From positions 20,770,001 through 20,834,000 of the forward strand of contig OZ193909.1 in NCBI GenBank assembly GCA_964276515.1: a stretch of 64,000 bases of DNA, written 5' to 3'. The position numbers were made by a program, and so were the translations under genes. The notes under the pieces are model-generated. The model had not been told where the DNA came from. It ran no database searches and saw only the letters and a program-made list of their open reading frames with translations. This DNA is from Gordius albopunctatus (Eukaryota). The stretch's first letter is position 1; every line of letters starts with the position of its first letter. Shown piece after piece: positions 56,121 to 64,000 of the stretch.

Positions 56121-59100
56121 GGCGTGACTACGGCCAATCAATTATTACGTGCTTAATAAGACTGGAGGAGGAGCTACGCGTCGGTTAAATATATTGATCA
56201 ATTGGCCAGGACCCGCCCCTGCCCTCACCCCACGACCAGCAAAACCAAGGAGGAATACCCATCATAAGACGATGAATGCGAGGGGGCAATGCTCCATATC
56301 GACTGCTGACTTTATTGATTGGTAGTAATGCAGCATGATCGATTGGCGGGCGGGCGTGTTTAGGTAATAATCACAAACAACACATAAACAACACAAACAA
56401 ACAAACAAACCTTAGTCCCCGCCCCTGCTGTGTTTACATTACCGTAACCTCCATTCATCAAACCCGAAATACACTTTATTACTTAGCTGCATCATCACAC
56501 ATTTACTACGCTCCTCCCCGAACGAATGATCACCATTTTGACGAGTGATTGATTCCATCGATTTAACTTTATCTTCACAAAAAGGAGCAAGAATTAATAG
56601 GAATAACACTATTATATTAGTAGTATATCGATCGACTATCCTCCCATCATCATCATCATCATCGTAGCCATCTTCATACTACAACAAATATTGTAGCAAA
56701 CATAGGAAATGACGGGTGCAAAAAAGTGATTTGTCACCTGCTATCATCATCATCATCGTCATCGTCGTCATCACTATGAATATAAACGCATTCAAAAATA
56801 TATTCTCTCACGACAAAAGCAAGTGTGAATCTGGTGCCGGGGGTCAGCACGAATCCCATTTGTCTCAAGCGGAAAATTTGGAAAAAGGTAAACGCCACCC
56901 CCATTTACTCCCATTTTTTGTCGTTGTCGTTTTTATAATATACTTGAAATTATATCTGGCTACCACTTTGTTTATGTCGAGGATTATGAGAAATGTCGTA
57001 AATCGCTGAGAAACTATTTGATTTAAAAAGCTGTTTATTACTTATATTTCGGCCCTCACCCCCTATTATGCCATCGTAGGGGGTAGCTAGGGGGCAATAA
57101 TAATTTAGGGCGGGCGGGGCAAAATGAATATCAAAATTTTAATTAATTTCAATTGGATTTTAAAGGGGGCACCCGTTGCTCCCATGCCATCCCATATATT
57201 TTATTATAAAAACCTTCTTATACCCTAATAAGGCTCTAGAACAACATCACGAGGGGGGGGGGGGGAAATCTGGCCAAAAAAATTTGCAACGCATATTGTC
57301 GAAAACTAAATCAAAAAATGAGAGATATATATATATATTATGTTTCTAGGTTTTTGTCAGTGTCTTAAAGTCTTTGCTGTAACTCAACTATAATATTTTA
57401 ACCCAATTTACACCACTGACCTGGCCCCCTAGTAGGTTTATATTTAAATTATGACAATTTTAACCCCTAAAACTTATAGTGCAGCCAGGGTAACCTGAAT
57501 TTAATATTGTTCAACATTTTATATAGCTCCTTTCTCCGCAGACACCAATAATTACCTTGAAATTAAAAATTAGTTTTCAGCCTTTTACCCAATTATTTTT
57601 ATGAGACATGCAAGTCAAAATAATATTTGCCACTAGCTCTAGAGATTAAATGTGTTCCGTAAGGGGCCCGTTTAATCGGAGGTAGCTCTTTAATTTTATT
57701 TGAAGAAATAAGTATTTTGGCTATAAGGAAGAAGGGAGGAAGCATGATCATATAGATGGTGTCAGTTGTGGTGGTGGCTTTTAAATCCCAATCTAAAGAG
57801 GGGCCGGCCTCCTGGGTTTATAGGACGACATTAAAGTAGGCTACCCATCTAATCTAGCTTATAGGCCCCCATCTTAATTCTAAAGATCACTCGGTAACGA
57901 TACTAATATTATCATGGGCGTGGCTAGAGCCCTGCACCCCCCGCTCCTCTAAGCCTGGCCCCACCCGAATCGAACTAAAGCAAATTAATCTTTCATAAAT
58001 AGGGTTTAAATAAACTCAACTTGATGTTAAATAATTTTATCTTGGCACACCTTATAAATTATATAGCTTCTAAACCTAATCTTTTTTCCCTCGTTCAATA
58101 TGCAAATCTTATTATAGTATTTAAGTCGATTCATAGTAGCTGCTATTACACAACTTTACAAATAAGATAAGTAAATATTTCAAAAAGCATTATTTGCATG
58201 GGCTTACGCAGGTTTTGAATCAGGGGGGGGGCAGCCACCCCCTGCGTACGCCCATGATTATTTGGAATATTTCAAAAAAGGTAAATTTTTAGCTTTAAAT
58301 GATTAGCTGAATAAATTGTAGAGAGTGAAAATGGATTTTTTATTCCAAACTTATCCTAGTTGTAATTTACGAGTAATAACAATCTCTTGCATTTAATATC
58401 TAGTAGATGGTGAAATAATCGCAAATATATAATTTTTCCAGAAATTTTATTTTAAAGATCGGGCCGGACTCAGGTCGGGCCTAAAATAAAAAAAAATAGC
58501 TGGGACCGGGCTCGGGCAAAATAAAAAGAGGGCTCATGACGGGCTCGGCCCGAACCAATTTCATTTTGCAGGGCTCTAACAGCATTGGAATTATAGGGGG
58601 GGCGATAAGGATTAGCGAAGAAGGGCAAAATGATCATTCTTTCAAATTTTAGCCTTGATTTTAATAATTTCCACAATTTTCCCGTCCCTGCCCTCCCTTG
58701 GCTCCGTCCATGCGAGCTTATATTACAAAATAAATATCTAGCCTAGGGAACTGCAAAGTCATTTTTTTCAACCCGAACCCGACCCAAAATCTTTTAAACA
58801 TAAACCCGGCCCGATCCGAAAGCCTTTAAGTTTTAACCGAATCCCTCATCACAACTTGAAACTATTATTTTGTTGATATATTTTACCTTTCACGGGTAAA
58901 ATTTAAATTTGCGTCCAAATTAAAACAACAATCAGATAAGGAGCAAAAGGAATTTAATTAACGGAATGAATCATCCTAATAAAATAGCATTAATTTACGA
59001 GATATGTCCCGTGTATTTTGCAATGTAAAATGTATAAACTTTGACCCGACCCTAAAGAAATTTTCAACCCGACCCGGCCCGGCCCGATTCGGGTCACTCG

Positions 59101-59359
59101 TGCGGTTCTCTATTTTAGGCCATAAACTATCTTCAATTTTATTAATTTGAATTTATAATGCTTCTTTTTGTTTTACAACAACTACTCTCGCTCAATAACC
59201 CTTTTAATTGGCAGTTCGGCTTTTTAGGATTAAGGAAATGATTTATTATCTTTAATAAGCATCAATGTTTTGATTTCAAGCATAAAATAAATATAGGTTT
59301 AAATTAAATTTTAAATGTAGGTGAGAGAGTTGTTAAGTTTAATTAACTAATGCACTTAC

Positions 59360-59707
59360 AAATATAACAACTGTCTGTGACCTTCACTGAAGAAAAATAA
59401 CAGTGTAACTTATAATATCTGCTGCGGTGGATGGAACTGCTAGACTCAGCCAAATTTCCCACTTCATTTATACATCAAAATATCAAAGTTTTGTGTTAAA
59501 CGCTCCAACAACATTATTATTAAAGTTAGAAGAGTTCATGTGAAATTGGATTGGATTGAAGACATTAACAAATTTTAAAAGTTTTTCATCATTTGCACCA
59601 CTAACTTTGGAGTTGTTGTTGTGTGTCTAAAATTGCACTTTCACCACACCTTTGTTCCATGAAGGCAAATTCGATAAAATGTCATATTTTATGTATGAAT
59701 ATATCGC
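59360..59707 (-). other. Putative non-coding (5' UTR) internal exon
   Basis: Bounded by acceptor aaatttcAG (59709-59708) and donor GTAAGT (59359-59354). Unique, non-repetitive sequence with only short ORFs. Confidence 0.4.
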
Positions 59708-62220
59708 CTGAAATTTAAACTAATCTTTTTTGTCACCTATAAAACATCTTAAATTTAAAGTGGATACAATATGGTCAAAAGAGCAAAATATGTAATTTTA
59801 ATATCATTTAATTTTTTTCCCTAAATTTGTTCAAAATTTTTTATAAAAATGTACAATTTTGACTTTTTTTTGAAACTTAAACCACCAACCACGATTGATG
59901 ATTTTACATTAAATTCTTTTGGCAAAGCAAAATGATTTCAAAATTTTACTTATTGCTCTTGGAAAGAGAAACTAGCTTAAGTTAATTTACTAAGTGATCA
60001 ATTCAATATGTTTAATAGTTAAATAATATCTTTAAATGCGTTTAAATGCATAGCAATTAATAAAAAATTGTTAAAAAATACTTTTAAATATTTTTGCCTT
60101 TTTTATTTATTATTTTTGTCGTTTTATATGTTTTATATAATAAACTACTAGTATACATATGCTTAAGTCATACTAAATTCGTTGGCTATTGATTTAGATT
60201 TATTTTTAAATTGTGTAAACCAAAGTTATTTCGTGAAACAGTGTTAAACTAACTGGTGCCATAAAGATATTAATTTATAATAATTTACAAAAGTAACCGA
60301 AGTTTTTTTTGTGAAATTTAAAATCAAATTGATAAAATACTTTTCAATAATAAACTTAACTAAACGTAGACCAACTAAAGATTAAATGATATTTACTCTT
60401 TTACAAGATAGCAGCAACTACAAAATTTGGCATAAATCAAGAACCTGATTTGTTGGAATACTTCTGCTCGAGCCCGGCCCAGTCCGTTTTTTAGAGGAAT
60501 TGCCCGCCCGGACCGGCCCTAATATTTAGAACTTCCCGAATTTTTCGGGATTAAATGATGCTTCTTAGATTTTTTACCAATAAAAATTTAAAAATATTAT
60601 ACAAAAGTGACAAAATAATACTCGAAAACAAACATATACGCTATATAAAAAAATCTCATTGAACCCTAATCGCCCGAATCTTGTTGTATTTCCAGCCCAA
60701 ACCCACTCTGAAAAGTCTAATTTGACGACAGTTGCCCGGCCCGACCCACGGGGGTCGTGTCTTGGTCGGGTGGGTTACCGGGCCGGGATTTGTTTTTGAT
60801 GCAAATATCCTGTTGTTGAGAAATATTCTAAAACACATGCGAAAGATGACAAATTAAAAAACGAAAAATATGACACAAAGTGTATTTTATTTACTGTAAA
60901 TAAGAGCAAAATTGATTTCATTTATTATTTAAAAATAAAGATACTAATAAATATCATGATAAAGATTTATTAAGGGCCAGGGGATGGGACATACAGTATA
61001 TATAAAACAAAGTTTTTAAGACAAAATAAAAAGATTAAAACATATATTTTTCTGTCAACTCGGATTTTGGCTTACAATATGAAACCATATAATTATAGCA
61101 ATAATATAATCTGTAGACAATGATATACACATATACGTATTCACATATACGACACTTATTTAAAGAGATACCCTCGTGGTGTAAATTGTTTTTACTTAAA
61201 TTTTAATATTTGATTTGAGTATAGTTATAAATATGAAGTAAACAAAAAAGCAGGCACCTTCTTCTTCAACTAAAATTGGATATTATTAAATGGTTAAATT
61301 AGCAGCATTCATTCATTCCCCACCCATATTATTTAGATTGCTGTTGCTATTATTATAATAATTCCTATTAAAATAATCCATAATCACGTGGCAGATATTG
61401 TTGGATAATTACAGTAAAATGTTTAATTTTTTAAATCTTTTATTACCTTCGGCCTGACGTTAGTTTTGTTGCAATCAATGATTGATACCTGTTCTTTGGT
61501 TTGGAGTTCTTAAGTATTTAGAGAAATTGCGATTAAATGCTGAAAAAATGATCTTCATCCTTTCCTAGTGCCGTACTTGGCCGGCCTCCTTTGGTTTGAG
61601 GCGTCAGCAAGCCTCCCAACAATTAAGATTTTTTTACGCGGAACACAAGGAATCCTTGTCAAACACACCTGCGGATTTTGTAGCAAGAATTGTTACAAAT
61701 TCACTTTTCCCCATTCTATGTGTATGCAATGTTGTTGTTGTACCATTTGTTTTAATTCCACATTTTGAAACGTGGAAACCTGTTTGTTAAACAGCCCCTA
61801 TGTTGGTGGGTAAATAATATCTTGTTTTTTGCATTTATTCCGAAAACGCTCCTTTAGCAAATGATCCGAAGCAACCTTTTATAGAATGGGGTGGGGCCTA
61901 CACGGGCGTTGCCAGGATTGGAACTGGAGGAGGCGGCAATGATGATTCAGCACGGAGGGAGCGCCAAAATAAACATTTTTTCACATATTTTACCCGTAAT
62001 TTTATCAAACATTTTTTTGAAATGGCCCCTGGATACAACACCGATGGAAGGGGGGGGGGCTATGGCTGCTAATTCCTTATTAATGAGTTAGTGTGGGTGG
62101 ATGGTTATTACCCTATTTACAGCATGCTCACTAATCAATATTCATGATGGGAACGAAGAATACCGAGATCGATATCCTCCCTCCTCACCTTTCATTATTT
62201 AATCAATCTATTTATGTCAC

Positions 62221-62445
62221 CTTGAAAACACTGAGCCCACTATTCTACTACACGTCGCATCACATATTATTTTATTGTCTTCTAGTCTCTGTTTCCGGCT
62301 GGCAGATAATCGATATTTTGTAACTAAAAATAGGATTGCTTTAGCAGGAGGAGCAATCGGCGAGCGAGAAATTTTGTAACCTCGCTCGCTCGCTCGCGCT
62401 GCTCTTCTCTCCTCTTGAATGCGCATCCACGTGGCGCGCTATAAG
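62221..62445 (-). promoter_or_regulatory. Putative promoter and first non-coding exon of a minus-strand transcript
   Basis: Local CpG/GC-rich patch with a TATA-like cttatag, E-box CACGTG (62428-62433) and (gcga)n. It is followed on the minus strand by a donor caag|GTGACA at 62220. Confidence 0.35.
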
Positions 62446-64000
62446 ATGTGTAATGTATGTGATTCTTTCTAACACACAACATAATAAGCCTAATAGGGTA
62501 ATCATGATGGGCGGCTGCCCCCCCCCTCTAAATCCTTAAATTTGTTCAAAATTAATTATTAAAATTGTGGATAAAATTTCAAAAAATTATCATTACGCCC
62601 TGTCTAATTGAATCATCCATTTTTTGTTTGCTAATTTTTCCTAGTATGGATAGTTTTGGATTAAAAGTGAAAATAACATTAACCAACATTTTATTTTTTT
62701 GTGGCAAAAGGGGATGTCGTTGCTTTTGGAGGTAGCCAGCAGGAGTGAATTTAGAGGGTGGGGGAAAAAATAATGATTTAGGAGGGTCAAAATTATAATT
62801 TTTAGCGATAAAAAGATGAAATATTAAAAACCCCCTGCCTTTTCGTTTATCCGACGCGAGCTCTGAAAAATGTTTGAATTATAGGATGATGAGATTTACA
62901 TATTTATAAAGGGTAAAGTTGTTTTTGTGTTTACTAAAAAGTAAAAACATCGAGGATTGTGAACGAACCCCCTTCGCTTACCAAGGTTAAATTTTGTTTT
63001 GAGAGGGGATGGTGTTGTTAGTTAAATGAAATGATAGATCGCTCCTCCTCCCCCCCACCAAAAAGTTGGGTTTTTATATTCCCTCTCGTCTCGGCCCCCA
63101 AGTCTAATTTGGGCAAAGTAGTAGTAATAGTAGTAGTAGGTAATGTTGGTGTAGGAGTCGTATCATAAGGTAGCGATGGAGACGAAATATAATCACAAGA
63201 CCCCCCCCCCCCCGCCCTGCTGCCTCAGGAGGCCATCTTGGTTTTTCTTTCTTTCTCTCTATAATATTCTATATACATCTCTCTTAAATTGTACCACACA
63301 AAACCACCTACACGAAGAAATAATATTTATAGAAAGTTCTATAAGCACACAAAGCTACAAGTAAACTGCGTTCTACGAAAAGTTTATAACACATCCATCC
63401 ATTAATCCCCCATAACCTGTATCTACTGCTACTTAAAATTAATTGCTACGACACAACAATTTTGCCCCCCCCCCTCGCTCCCCCTTATTCTCCAAGTATC
63501 ATGATCGATGTGCGCCACAGGCAAAAATCGATATACCATTGAAATGCGCGTTATTATCTTGCCCACCCCCAGGGGGAAGAGCTAGGGCTCGGGTTCATTT
63601 TGACACGACAGGTCTACATTGAAGCCAGCCAGCCAGCCAGCCTTAGGGGGGCAATCAAACAAAAAATCCTTTAGGAGAACTCGAGAAAGCCAGGGGGAAA
63701 AAGGGAGAAAATCATTTTGATCCCGTGCCATTCTCTCCTTCATCAAGGATTTTTCCCTCCGCTCGCCGAACCAGACCTTTCTCTTACAAATCCATCATCT
63801 CGACCTCTAGGCAGTAGTTTACCACTGCTAAAGTTTCCTTGGTGTGAAAGCCGCAAACAAAACAACTAACGCTATTTTACACTTTTTTTGTGGGTTTTTT
63901 TGAACAAGGCCCGACTATTATTCGCTATTCCTTGCTAGGATATGGGAAATAATCCTACGTTCAAGCGCGGAGACCCCCAAGAAACAGGTCAGTCCATCCA

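Noticed and set aside
56716..57009. 97-aa hydrophobic ORF
   Set aside because: It has a GTG start, and its hydrophobic stretch derives from (atc/gtc)n microsatellite. There is no splice or homology support.

Overview
AT-rich animal (invertebrate) genomic DNA with very short spliceosomal introns (34-65 nt are common) and dense, nested transposon debris. I reconstructed five host protein-coding genes by hand. They are a TIR-less LRR transmembrane protein (+, 1412-3865), a divergent multi-exon CatSper-beta homologue (-, ~7368-13830; essentially missed by the ORF track), mitoribosomal mL51 (-, 19122-19724), lin-28 (-, 5 coding exons, 29286-32485) and ICA69/ICA1 (+, 11 exons, 42119-46331). A sixth candidate is a spliced 41-aa single-pass membrane micropeptide (-, 49002-49192) with a poly(A) signal and possible distant non-coding 5' exons up to ~62.4 kb. 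Mobile elements include two decayed CRE-clade retrotransposons, three RTE-clade LINE copies, a PIF/Harbinger element with both genes, TIRs and TTA TSD, hAT derivatives and MITEs with 8-bp TSDs, and a Helentron-type non-autonomous element. The most notable observations are the CatSper-beta gene in what looks like an ecdysozoan-type genome (host identity is inference only), the hidden micropeptide gene, and a Lin-28 with an unusually long inter-knuckle linker. All homology calls are from recalled motifs; no searches were run.
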